Assembly: GCA_965217585.1 (NCBI GenBank)
Contig: OZ244561.1
Location: forward strand, 4,160,001 to 4,224,000
DNA length: 64,000 bases
Direction of reading: 5' to 3'
Origin: Candidatus Latescibacterota bacterium
GTDB taxonomy: Bacteria > Latescibacterota > UBA2968 > UBA8231
Part shown: positions 9,592 through 18,954 of the stretch, piece after piece
How the letters are laid out: every line of letters begins with the position of its first letter
How positions within the stretch are numbered: the stretch's first letter is position 1
Notes under the pieces: model-generated
What the model was told of the DNA's origin: nothing
Database searches by the model: none
What the model saw: the letters and a program-made list of their open reading frames with translations, nothing else
Translations under genes and position numbers: made by a program

Positions 9592-10890
9592 GTGAAATTT
9601 TGGGTTTTCACCCACAGCGACCAGCCCCTCGAGCACTGGCTCGAAGGCTACCAGCAGCGCTTCGACGCTTGGGAAGAAGGCGGCGTAGAAGGCATTATCG
9701 TCGGCCGCATGCAGTTTAAGCAGGACGATGGTTCGATTATCTCCAGCTATCCGGCTAATCCCAAGCTCTACGCCGAGCACGGCGTCGAGCTGCCGGAGGA
9801 GACGCCCCGCGACTTAGAAAAAGAAAAAAAGCTCCAAGCCATGATGGACGACGCGGCGGCGCGTGGCTGGCAGATTATGACCTTTGGCATGGGGCGCGGT
9901 GGGGTGGTCGGGCTGGAGGACTTGATCACGTTCTACCCGCAGGTCCACGGCGTCATTATCGACGGCCCCGGCGAAAACCACTACGAGCTAGCGTTCCATC
10001 ACGGCGGGGAGCTGCTGGAACTCCGGCCCGGCGAGGATCAGCTCTTTGCCGGCATGGGAGCCGATGTCGAGCGGATACAGCGCGGCATCGATCATCTGCG
10101 GCAGGCCCTGTGTCGGCTGACGCCCCAGCGGGTGCGCTACCTCGCCCAAGGCGGCCTTTTTTCAGTGCTGAATTTAATCGACCTCGACGAGGATGGACTG
10201 TATTGGTTGCGGATGCGGCAGGAGAAGTCGCGCCGCTCCTGGGCAGACGCCCGCACAATCGTCGATCAGGCCTCGCGCAAGATCGAGTTGGGCGGGATTC
10301 CGCGCACGGCCGTCGTCTCTGGGTTGACTGGGCAGGATTACGAGCGGATGGCCGGGTATTTCGATTATATACTGCCCAAGCACTACTATTGGCATCGCGG
10401 TTTTGACGGTCTTTATGGAACACTGGCGCGCTGGGTGCAGACGCTTGGGGAGTGGAATCCGGGGCTAACGGAGGAGGACGCCTTTGCCGTGGTCCAGGCG
10501 CTTTTTGGTATCAAACTGCCTCAGGTGCGGACGCTTTTTGACTTGGAGGCGGGTTTCCCCGACGAGTTTTTCAGCGAGGTCGTGTACGGTGAGACGCGCC
10601 GTGCCTTGGAGGCGGCCGGTGCCGACAAGGTGATCTGCTGGGTTTCGACCGGTCGCACGCCGCACGCTGGCGACCCCATGCCCGCGCGCGATCTGCTCGG
10701 CATTTTGCGGGCGTCCGAGGCGGCTGGACTCAAGCGCTTCGTCTTTCATCCAGAGGTCATGGGTGCGTCCGAGTGGCGGGTTTTGACGGAGTTGTGCGGG
10801 ATGCCGTGGCGCGAGGATCCGAGCGGGTATTGGCCTTCGGGCACCGAGAAGCCAGATGCTTTTAATGGGGGACGTAAGAAAGAGAATTAG
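9592..10890 (+). CDS. Conserved hypothetical protein (possible TIM-barrel)
   Basis: 432-aa ORF, aggagg RBS, host-like codon usage; PKHYYWHRGFDG and PHAGDPM motifs; no family recognised. Confidence 0.75.
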   Translation: MKFWVFTHSDQPLEHWLEGYQQRFDAWEEGGVEGIIVGRMQFKQDDGSIISSYPANPKLYAEHGVELPEETPRDLEKEKKLQAMMDDAAARGWQIMTFGMGRGGVVGLEDLITFYPQVHGVIIDGPGENHYELAFHHGGELLELRPGEDQLFAGMGADVERIQRGIDHLRQALCRLTPQRVRYLAQGGLFSVLNLIDLDEDGLYWLRMRQEKSRRSWADARTIVDQASRKIELGGIPRTAVVSGLTGQDYERMAGYFDYILPKHYYWHRGFDGLYGTLARWVQTLGEWNPGLTEEDAFAVVQALFGIKLPQVRTLFDLEAGFPDEFFSEVVYGETRRALEAAGADKVICWVSTGRTPHAGDPMPARDLLGILRASEAAGLKRFVFHPEVMGASEWRVLTELCGMPWREDPSGYWPSGTEKPDAFNGGRKKEN

Positions 10891-10901
10891 GTGAACGCAA
10901 A

Positions 10902-12035
10902 ATGACTCACACACTCGCAAAATCGCCTGACTACGCCGCATGGCTATGCGAGATGAAAGCGCGCATTCGGTCGGCCCATCTCAGTGCAGCGCGGGCGGTG
11001 AACCGCGATATGATCCTGTTGTATTGGGACATTGGGCGCGGGATCTTAGAGAATCAGAAGGAACAAGGCTGGGGTAAGTCAATAGTGGACAGGCTGGCCG
11101 CAGACTTGAGAAAGGCGTTCCCCCACATAAGTGGTTTCTCGGCACGCAACCTCTGGAACATGCGTCGGCTGGTCGAGGCGTATTCTAACGCTAGAGTCCT
11201 TGCACAAGCGGTGCAGGAAATAGGGCATTTGGAGAAAGATGCAATTCTGCGACAGCCTGTCGCATAATTAGAAAATGATCGCACGGAACAAGCCAAGGAA
11301 TTTCTGCAACAGCTTGTTGCAGAAATTCCTTGGGGACACAACATATTGATTTTAAATAAGATATCTGATTTCGACGCCCGCCTGTACTATCTCCGCGCCA
11401 CCGCCCAATTCGGCTGGACGCGCAACGTCCTGCTCAACCAGATCAAAGCCGGAGCCTATGAGCGCTCCTTGGCCGAAGGCAAGACGCACAACTTTCCGAG
11501 TACATTGCCCGAACATCTGGCCGAACAGGCAGAAGAAGCCCTCAAGAGTTCGTACAATCTCGAATTTCTGGGGATTTCTCACGCAGTAAAAGAGCGAGAG
11601 CTTGAGACTCGGCTCATCGAGCAATTGCAGGATTTCATCTTAGAACTGGGCTATGGCTTCTGCTTCGTGGGACGGCAGCATCGCCTGACCTTGGGCGACA
11701 AGGAGTATTTCGTCGATCTGCTGTTCTATCACCGCTTTCTAAAGTCGCTGGTTGCCTTTGAACTGAAAGCGGGACCATTCGAGCCAGAATACGCCGGCAA
11801 GATGGACTTCTACCTCAACGTGCTCAATGAGAAAGAGCAAGCCGAAGACGACAACCCTTCCATCGGCATCATCCTGTGTGCGGAAAAGGACAACCTCGAA
11901 GTGGAGTTTGCGCTCAAGAGCAAAACTAATCCCATCGGCGTGGCCGAATACCAGTTGCAATCGACTTTGCCGGAGGAATTCAAAGGCAAACTCCCGACAT
12001 CCCAACAACTGCGGGAAGCGCTGCGTCTGCCTTGA
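10902..12035 (+). pseudogene. YhcG/DUF1016 PD-(D/E)XK nuclease-domain protein with one in-frame stop
   Basis: ORFs 10902-11267 and 11346-12035 are in the same frame; reading through TAA 11265-11267 gives LRQPVA*LEND...LQQLVAEIPWGHN; motifs YWDIG, GFSARNL, ELGYGF, DLLFYHR, ELK, GIILC. Confidence 0.85.
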
Positions 12036-12189
12036 AAAACCGCAGAGAATAACCCATACCGAAACCGTCCAAGCCCGCATGAGATCTGCGTCAAAAGATC
12101 ATGTTCGCCATCTTTGCAGCAGTAGAAGACTTCGACCAAGTCGTCCCGATCGTGGATACGCTGTTGGCGCGGTTGGAGGAAGTTAGGAA

Positions 12190-12385
12190 CTGATGTTACG
12201 CAGCCCCTGCCTTCGCAGGGCAGGCTCTTATGCCACGTCTGCCGCTTGCGGCCTGTGGCCCCGTCGCCCGCCGTCATTCCCACGTACGCGGGAATCCAGC
12301 CTAACGCACTAGCCTCAAAAGGGCATCTCTGGATGCCTGCTTTCGCAGGCATGACACTGGGGCCGCGGCGGCTTTACACAGTGCG
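12190..12385. mobile_element. REP-containing MITE-like element, copy 1 (one end cut by the IS)
   Basis: Begins CTGATGTTACGCAG (12190-12203); internal palindromes GTCATTCCCACGTACGCGGGAATCCAG (12273-12299) and CTGGATGCCTGCTTTCGCAGGCATGAC (12329-12355); inverted relative to copy 2. Confidence 0.75.
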
Positions 12386-13235
12386 CTAAGTACACGACAG
12401 TAAAATCGGTTCATATTGCTGGACGTGTTTAGGTTGCTCTCGTGCTTGGTGTATGATCTGTGTGAGTTGGTCGAGTCCACGTCGAAAGAGGCTTATGGCT
12501 GGTCGTCCATGTTTTTTTCGCGGGATGGGTTTTCTTTGATGCAGATGCTCGCCCACCAGCAGCGCCCACAGCAGCGTCCACGCCAGCAGCCCCAGCAGCA
12601 GGTGCCAGCGTTGGGGGTGGGTCAGATGGGTGTCCTCGAGGTTAAATCCTCTCGATTTCAAACAAGCAAACGTCGTTTCAATAGCCCAGCGCTGGCCATA
12701 GACCTCAAGCACCTGTTGGAGGTCGGTTCGGTTGGTGATCAGCAGGAGCCGTTCGCCGTGGGTAGGGCGGTGCCACACCAGATGCAGGGTCAATCCGTCC
12801 TAGAGGGTGGTCTGGGGATAGTATCGGGTGGTGCCTCGGGGCATGCGTGCATTAAAGGTGGCCGCATAGCGCCGACGACCATCCTCGAGCGTGATCCAGG
12901 TGTTGCCTCGCAGGCGAGTGACTCAGATCGGTGCGACCCAGCTTCCAATGGGTGCGATCCATGACCAACACCTGGGGCTGGCCGGATACAACCAGCTTGG
13001 AGACGATCAACTCGGTAAACACCGTCGGGGAGAATGCGCTGCTAAAAAAACGCTGGAGGCGGCGATATTGACTTGCAATTTGGGCCATGCCCGACAGACT
13101 ACACGCGAGTTTCTTCAGATTGACGGAACGCACTTGGATCAGTGCACACACCAAGCGACTAATCAGGTCGATACGGTGGCGCGTGAGGGATACCGGCCCT
13201 TGCCTAAGGGCTTTTTTGAGCGTATTAATAAGCAT
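12386..13235 (-). pseudogene. IS4 DDE transposase remnant (internal deletion, frameshifts, nonsense codon)
   Basis: N-terminal frame from 13235 breaks after DRTHWKLGRTDL; the region expected to hold the second catalytic Asp is missing; the C-terminal frame is preceded by an in-frame TAG. Confidence 0.85.
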
Positions 13236-13336
13236 GGTGCGGCTCCTGTATTTAGGATTTAGATGCAATCTTGGGCGATTACAAATAAACCTAAAGCAGG
13301 GCTGCACCACAACTTAGGTTACTGTCGTGTACTTAG
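12386..13336 (-). mobile_element. Degenerate IS4-family insertion sequence
   Basis: Perfect terminal inverted repeats CTAAGTACACGACAGTAA (12386-12403 / 13319-13336); transposase pieces on the minus strand (YRRLQRFF, DRTHWKLG, YxxRWAIETTFxxLKSRGFNLE, ending LSCT* inside the IR). Confidence 0.9.
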
Positions 13337-14204
13337 CTCGATCGGTTAAAATAGAACTCCACTCAACCAAGTAAAAAATGTCTGATTGTAGGTTCTCAAC
13401 GACCTTACTTTTGAAAACCATATTATCATTTAAATAAAGCCCAGCATCATACTTCTGATACAATTCCAGCAACTTGTATAGATCGTCCTCTAGATTGAAC
13501 GGGCCGAACCCCAATAATTCTTGTAGATGCGAGGCATAATCGAACTCATCCAACATAGATGACCCGAAGCTGAAGGTTGCCGCAGAGCGCGCTGTCCTGT
13601 AACGCGACAGTCTGTCAAAAACAGGTTTTATAGAGATCCAGTTCTCCTTCACAATGTCTGAGCTGTCCTTCAAGCGCCTGAGTGCCTCTTTATGACTAAA
13701 GAGCCTATCTGCGTAAAAGAGTCCTCCTCGTAGAATTTCCGAGACAATATACCCATTCCAGTAACCGAAGTATGCTTCATAAGGGCGAAAGATAATGCCA
13801 TTCTCGTCTTTCAGATTATAATTTTTAATGCCTCTGTGAGAGCATGAATGAAGATCAACATAATCATGCTTAATTGACCCATCATAGTCAAAAGGATGCA
13901 CAGCGGCTTCCTCTGCTGTCTCAGGAATAGACATGTGAATAAATGATCCGTGGACTTTTGAAATGATTCTAGCCTCTTCATTAAGGCGTTCTTCAGGGAA
14001 TTTGACGAACAAATCTGGGGTAATTATATCGTGAGCAATCAAGTCCTCAATTTTTAATCCTTCCAGAGCTCTAATTCCAAAATGACTGTGCAGATAGTTT
14101 CCGAATAGACCACTACCCAATCCGCCATGCGAATACCATAGCAATCCAGCATTGAGGTATCTACACTGCATATCCAAAGAATTTACATTTTCATACCGCC
14201 ACAT
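13314..14204 (-). CDS. AT-rich orphan protein, C-terminus cut by the IS
   Basis: 296-aa ORF, visibly AT-richer than the flanks; the last residues AKYTTVT* are read from the IS end. Confidence 0.65.
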   Translation of the reverse strand: MWRYENVNSLDMQCRYLNAGLLWYSHGGLGSGLFGNYLHSHFGIRALEGLKIEDLIAHDIITPDLFVKFPEERLNEEARIISKVHGSFIHMSIPETAEEAAVHPFDYDGSIKHDYVDLHSCSHRGIKNYNLKDENGIIFRPYEAYFGYWNGYIVSEILRGGLFYADRLFSHKEALRRLKDSSDIVKENWISIKPVFDRLSRYRTARSAATFSFGSSMLDEFDYASHLQELLGFGPFNLEDDLYKLLELYQKYDAGLYLNDNMVFKSKVVENLQSDIFYLVEWSSILTDRAKYTTVT

Positions 14205-14309
14205 CGGAAATCTCTCCGCCTAAGAAATAAAATGCGTCGTCAAATGCAACCACTGCGGGCGCAATTTTACAGGGGGATGGCACGCACGGAACTGTGTCGC
14301 GTCCCGAAC

Positions 14310-14588
14310 TCAATTTTGCGAATGATCATCACCGTCGCGCTTGGGAGCGGGGTCTATCTGCGGGCCGGTCTCGTCATCGCTCAGGGCGTTGCGGGCGTCG
14401 TGGAAGCGGCGGATGCGACGCACGAAAATGAAGACCAAGCCCGCCAGTGCTGCGTAGAGCAAGTACTGATAGATCGGTTCGGTCCAGCCTAGCACCACGG
14501 GCCAGAGGCTGACGATGCAGAGCAAGATAAAAAGGTCTTCAATCAGCTTGTGTCTTTTTTCTCGCTGCTCTTCTTGTTCAGGCGTCAT
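14310..14588 (-). CDS. Small two-TM membrane protein
   Basis: Two hydrophobic segments; overlaps the stop of the upstream slt gene (likely translational coupling). Confidence 0.7.
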   Translation of the reverse strand: MTPEQEEQREKRHKLIEDLFILLCIVSLWPVVLGWTEPIYQYLLYAALAGLVFIFVRRIRRFHDARNALSDDETGPQIDPAPKRDGDDHSQN

Positions 14589-16722
14589 CGGATAGGGCCT
14601 TGTAAATGGCGTAGTTTTTGAGGACTAGCTTGACGTAGAGGCGGGTTTCCTTGAAGGGGATGCGCTCGACGAAGGCGTCCGGGTCCTCGGAGGGAAAGCT
14701 CTTGAGCCACCGGCGGGCGTTGTGCGGGCCGGCGTTATACGCGGCCAAGCCCAGTTCAAAGCCCAAATCCGCGCCCTGGCTGGCCGTGAATTGGCGCATT
14801 TGGTCGCCGAGAAAGTAACTGCCCAAGCGGATGGAGACGGCCGGGTCGAAGAGTGCGCGCAGCTCAAAGGGTTTCATCTCCAACGTCCGCGCGAGGGTGA
14901 GGCCGGTGTGGGGCATGATCTGCATCAGGCCCCTGGCGCCTGCCCGCGACACTGCGCTTTCGTTGAACGTGCTCTCTTGGCGAATTACCGACAGGACCAG
15001 AAAGGGGTCGATTTGGGCGGCGGCCGCGGCCGCGGCAATTTCCTCCCAGTAGTAAGTCGGGTAGATGCGCGACAGTTCCTCTGGGTCTTTCCCATCAAAA
15101 AGGCGCATCGACAGCCGCATGGCTTGGTCGCGAAAGCCGAGTGCCTCATAGTAGTCGCGGATGGCCTTTAGCGCGGCCTTCTGGCCCTTGTAGTCGCGGA
15201 CGGCTTGCTCCATCTCGGCTGCCGACCAATCCCTTAGCCCCAATTGGTTTAGCAAGCCGGCGCGCTCGAGGTGTGCCCTGTGCGCTAGCGCGGGGACGTC
15301 GTCTTGGCGGGGGTTGTCTGCGGGCCGCCCCTTGAGCTTAACCTGTTCTCTATGGCCCAACTGGACGGCGCGGGCCGAGTAGTAAGAGCGGGGAAATCCG
15401 GCGGCAGCACGGCGATAGAACGCGGTGGCGGCCTCTGTGCGGCCTAGCTGGGTCGCGCTCTTGCCGGCCCAGTACAGGGATTGGTCGATGATGTGGGGCT
15501 GGCGCGCCTGCTGACTCGCGCGCTCAAAAGCGGCGAGGGCTTCGGCGTATTGCTCTTGGCAATAGAGCGCGAAGCCGACGCTCCAACGCGCTTCGTCGCC
15601 GTAATCGGTTTGCGGGTAGTGCTCGGCTAGGCGTCCATAGAGCGTTTCGGCGCGGGCGAACAGGCTGTTGCGCTCGGCGGCTTTGGCGGCCTGCCACAGG
15701 GCATCGTCGGCCAAGTCGTGCTGGGGGTAGCGCTTGGCAAAGGCTGCATAGGCGGCAATGGCCTTGTCTTCGCGATTTTTGCGGACTGAGAGACTGGCAA
15801 TGCGATAAAGGGCCGCCGGGTTGCCGTAGCGGTCGTGAACCGTCCGAAAAACCTGCTCGGCCTTGGTGTAGTGTCCCGCAGATAGGTGGGCCCGGCCGAG
15901 CATGAAGTGCGCTTTGGCGACGCGCTGGTCACCGCTGTGCGTGCGGATGAAGTGCCGAAAGCTCTTGATGGCTTGGTTGAACTGTCTGTGGCTGTAATAG
16001 GTGTGAGCCTTGGCATAAGCCGTGCGGGCGTCGAGCTTCTTAGGCAGGTGCGACAGGCTATTGCGGGCGTGCTTGGAGTGGGGGTGTTTTTCCAGCAGTT
16101 CTAAACGCCACTTTTGCGCCCGCGGCGAATCGTGTTTTTGGCTGGTGGTCGCGAGCAAGTAGAGGACCCGCGCTGGGTCGGCGTCCTGCCCAAGCTGCTC
16201 CTCGTACAGGGCGAGGGCCTTGGCGGGTTGGCCAGCGGTCCGGTAGAGAGAGGCCAAGCGCAGGCTGGCCGGGTTGCGGAGGATCGGGTTGGGCGAAGTC
16301 GCTAGAAAGTTTTCGTACTCGGCGATGGCATCGTGCGTCTGGCCCATGTCCTCTAGGGAACGGGCCATCCAGAAGCGGCGGTAATCGTCCAAGGCCGGTA
16401 GGTCGAGGTCGCGCAAGCGATCATACGCGCGGCTTGGCTCTTTGAGTATGCGCTCGCAAAACGCCCGCTGGAACTCGATGTGCGCTTGAGCGGTCGGCTC
16501 GTGTTGGATCGCGTCTAGCGCAGTGAGTTGGGGATAGGCCAGATCGCAGCGGTCTTCGGCGATCAGCATGGCAATGGGGCTAGGCGGCTCCGGCGTGGGG
16601 GCCTTGGGGTGAGGCTCGGAGGGAGTCTCAGTGAGATCCGAAAAGTAGAAATAGCCTGCTGGTAGTAGGACCAGCAGGCTCAGGAATAGCGTTGTCCAAG
16701 CCCATTTGGCTTTGTCGGTCAT
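14578..16722 (-). CDS. Membrane-anchored TPR-repeat lytic transglycosylase (Slt-like)
   Basis: N-terminal TM, BamD/CpoB-like TPR repeats, SLT motifs IRQES, GLMQIMP, AAYNAGP, ETRLYV; start moved to ATG 16722. Confidence 0.9.
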   Translation of the reverse strand: MTDKAKWAWTTLFLSLLVLLPAGYFYFSDLTETPSEPHPKAPTPEPPSPIAMLIAEDRCDLAYPQLTALDAIQHEPTAQAHIEFQRAFCERILKEPSRAYDRLRDLDLPALDDYRRFWMARSLEDMGQTHDAIAEYENFLATSPNPILRNPASLRLASLYRTAGQPAKALALYEEQLGQDADPARVLYLLATTSQKHDSPRAQKWRLELLEKHPHSKHARNSLSHLPKKLDARTAYAKAHTYYSHRQFNQAIKSFRHFIRTHSGDQRVAKAHFMLGRAHLSAGHYTKAEQVFRTVHDRYGNPAALYRIASLSVRKNREDKAIAAYAAFAKRYPQHDLADDALWQAAKAAERNSLFARAETLYGRLAEHYPQTDYGDEARWSVGFALYCQEQYAEALAAFERASQQARQPHIIDQSLYWAGKSATQLGRTEAATAFYRRAAAGFPRSYYSARAVQLGHREQVKLKGRPADNPRQDDVPALAHRAHLERAGLLNQLGLRDWSAAEMEQAVRDYKGQKAALKAIRDYYEALGFRDQAMRLSMRLFDGKDPEELSRIYPTYYWEEIAAAAAAAQIDPFLVLSVIRQESTFNESAVSRAGARGLMQIMPHTGLTLARTLEMKPFELRALFDPAVSIRLGSYFLGDQMRQFTASQGADLGFELGLAAYNAGPHNARRWLKSFPSEDPDAFVERIPFKETRLYVKLVLKNYAIYKALSDDA

Positions 16723-16931
16723 TGGTCTTATCGTGGTTTGAGGTGGGTGGTTATTCGGGCGCGCTAGCGGCTTCTCATAAAAATACATATAGTATCGCAG
16801 GGGGCAACAGTAGCGCAAGGGGCCAAGCGGAACAGTGAAAGAGGCTCTTTTTGAGGTTGCGTCGCTGCTAGGCTAAAGCGTTCTTGGCTGGTGCCTCAGA
16901 AGCCGTCTGAAAATTCCGGTCTCCGTCCCTT

Positions 16932-17579
16932 TTGGCCCTTGACACTTGGGAAACCCTTTTAGAGAAGTATCCCGAATCTGAAGAAGGCAAGCGAGTTGTT
17001 GGAGGGATTGGTTCGCTGGCTGCGGATATGTGGGATTTGTCGCTAGAGATTGTTGAGAACTCTATTGCGAGGTCTTATCTGCAAAACGCTGAATTTTGGG
17101 CTTCAGGGGTAAGGAATGACCGTTGGACTATCGACAGCAGTTGGTTGGATCAGATTAAATTGGCGTGTGAGTGGTACGACAGGGTTATAGCAGAATTTCC
17201 GGGAACGCCTTCAGCGAGGTTGGCCTATATTGAAAAATTCAAAACAATATTGGGGAAGACGGGAACCGAACCTTATGGCGTTGGAAAATCTCACGATAAG
17301 TATATTGACCCTCTTATGAACACCTACAAAAATCTTGCGAAAGAATTTCCCAACGACGAGTTTTTGCCTGCCTTGAGGTTTCAAATTGCCCAAATATTCT
17401 GGAGGCGGGATCGTCTAGCATTCGAGAGGCAAGTTGACGAGGCTAGCAATCCTGAAAGTTCTCTTGCCCCTGACAGCATTTCTGGCTACGAAACGACCGA
17501 GCAGTGGTTAAGGGCGATGTTGGAGGGGGATTCAAATAGCTTCTACTCGCAAGTCGCGAGGTCAGATTGGAAGACATAG
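16932..17579 (+). pseudogene. AT-richer TPR-like protein fragment, probably 5'-truncated
   Basis: TTG start with an in-frame TGA at 16908-16910 and no RBS; TPR-like segments (LLEKYPESEE, VIAEFPGTP, LAKEFPND). Confidence 0.5.
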
Positions 17580-17893
17580 AAGAATCTCGTCAACGTGGAA
17601 TGGAGACGGCTCGAACGGGAAGAATGCAAGACCGGTTGGAGAAGCTCCGTTCCTCTCCTTGGATTTATGATGTCACTCCCTCTCCAGGATTTACCCGTAT
17701 CGCTAGCACATACCACCGCCGTTTCAACAAGGGGGAATTTACTCTCACTGACAGCACTATTACTATTCACTACAGCAAACCGCCGCTGATTGTTCGTCCT
17801 ATTGAAGAGTTTGACAATTTTGACGGACCGGCATTCGATTTTATTGAAACAGCTATAAAAGAGGTTAAAGAGGAGCTAAAAAATTCTCACTGA
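17567..17893 (+). CDS. Hypothetical protein or frameshifted continuation of the preceding ORF
   Basis: Overlaps the previous ORF, same composition; stop TGA supplied by the MITE terminal repeat. Confidence 0.4.
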   Translation: MEDIEESRQRGMETARTGRMQDRLEKLRSSPWIYDVTPSPGFTRIASTYHRRFNKGEFTLTDSTITIHYSKPPLIVRPIEEFDNFDGPAFDFIETAIKEVKEELKNSH

Positions 17894-18088
17894 TGTTACG
17901 CAGTTTTACGAGCGCTTGGTCTATGTCCGGTCGGTCATGCCTGCGAAAGCAGGCATCCAGATTTACCCTCGGAGGTTCGGCGGAGCCGGCCGAAGTCCGC
18001 ATCGTGCGCGAGGCTGGATTTCCGCGTTCGCGGAAATGACAATGGGGATGGCAGGAAGCTGCAGAAGATAAAGGCTGCGTAACATCAG
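17890..18088. mobile_element. REP-containing MITE-like element, copy 2 (complete, 199 bp)
   Basis: Perfect 14-bp TIR CTGATGTTACGCAG (17890-17903) / CTGCGTAACATCAG (18075-18088); flanks ATTCTCA / ATTCTTA (near-perfect 7-bp duplication); inverted palindrome pair at 17934-17960 and 18014-18040. Confidence 0.8.
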
Positions 18089-18240
18089 ATTCTTAGTCCG
18101 ATGAGAGATAGCCAACCTCGTCGAGGCAGGCGCGTGGCGCTGCTAGCGGCTACAAAACCAAAAGAAGCGGCGAGCCTTGTAACCCTTCTCGCTCTCGCCA
18201 TATGGCGGTTCGAAAAACAAGCCAAGGAGGGCCATGTAAA

Positions 18241-18954
18241 ATGAAGAAGCGCGATTATGCGATTCTGTTGCACCGCCTGCAGGCGGTGGGGCCAACACAG
18301 CTAGTGGCTGAATGCGGTGGATACCCGATTTACGCCATAGAATTAGGAAGCGGTACTGAGGCACGAATCCTGCTGACAGCCGGGTTGCATGGGGACGAGC
18401 CGGCCGGGCCAGAAGCCGCGCTGCGCTTTGCCGAGGGGTTGAGTCTGCACCTCGCCCAGCGTTGTCAGTTCCTGATCTTGCCCTGCCTCAATCCGCACGG
18501 CTATGTCCACAATACCCGCGAAAACGAATCCGGCGTGGATTGCAATCGGGAGTTTGGCGGCGATGCGGTCCCGCTGGTCGCGCAGGTCAAGGCATTGCTG
18601 AGCGGCCGGCGCTTTGATTGCGCGCTGGACTTTCACGAGGACTGGGAGGCGTCGGGGTTTTACTGCTATGAGGCCGAGCGCGACGAGCAGTGGCTCGGGC
18701 CGGCCATCGTCGAGCAAGTGCGCGAGGTGATGCCCATTGACGGAGAGGCCGGCGAAAACGACAAAGTGATTGCTGAAGGCGTCTTCCTCATTGACCCAGA
18801 GTGGGGCGAGGCGGGGTTGGCACCCTACTTGTACGCGCACCATACCGAGCACGCGTTAATCAGCGAGACGCCCAGCGAATGGCTGCTAGCGGTGCGAGCA
18901 GAGGCGCATCTGAGGACGCTGGGGGTCGCGCTTCAGCGGCGTTTGGGCGCGTAG
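18241..18954 (+). CDS. M14-family zinc carboxypeptidase/deacylase
   Basis: GLHGDEPAG, NPHG..TREN...DCNR, LDFHED, ETP motifs. Confidence 0.85.
   Translation: MKKRDYAILLHRLQAVGPTQLVAECGGYPIYAIELGSGTEARILLTAGLHGDEPAGPEAALRFAEGLSLHLAQRCQFLILPCLNPHGYVHNTRENESGVDCNREFGGDAVPLVAQVKALLSGRRFDCALDFHEDWEASGFYCYEAERDEQWLGPAIVEQVREVMPIDGEAGENDKVIAEGVFLIDPEWGEAGLAPYLYAHHTEHALISETPSEWLLAVRAEAHLRTLGVALQRRLGA

Noticed and set aside
11265-11267. Stop-codon reassignment
   Set aside because: TAA, TAG and TGA all terminate conserved genes in this window.
12100-12193. Short frame MFAIFAAVEDFDQ...LEEVRN* as a gene
   Set aside because: About 30 codons, no RBS; at most a remnant.
11810-12352. ORF starting MPAKAGIQ
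   Set aside because: Translation of the REP palindrome, a familiar spurious ORF type.
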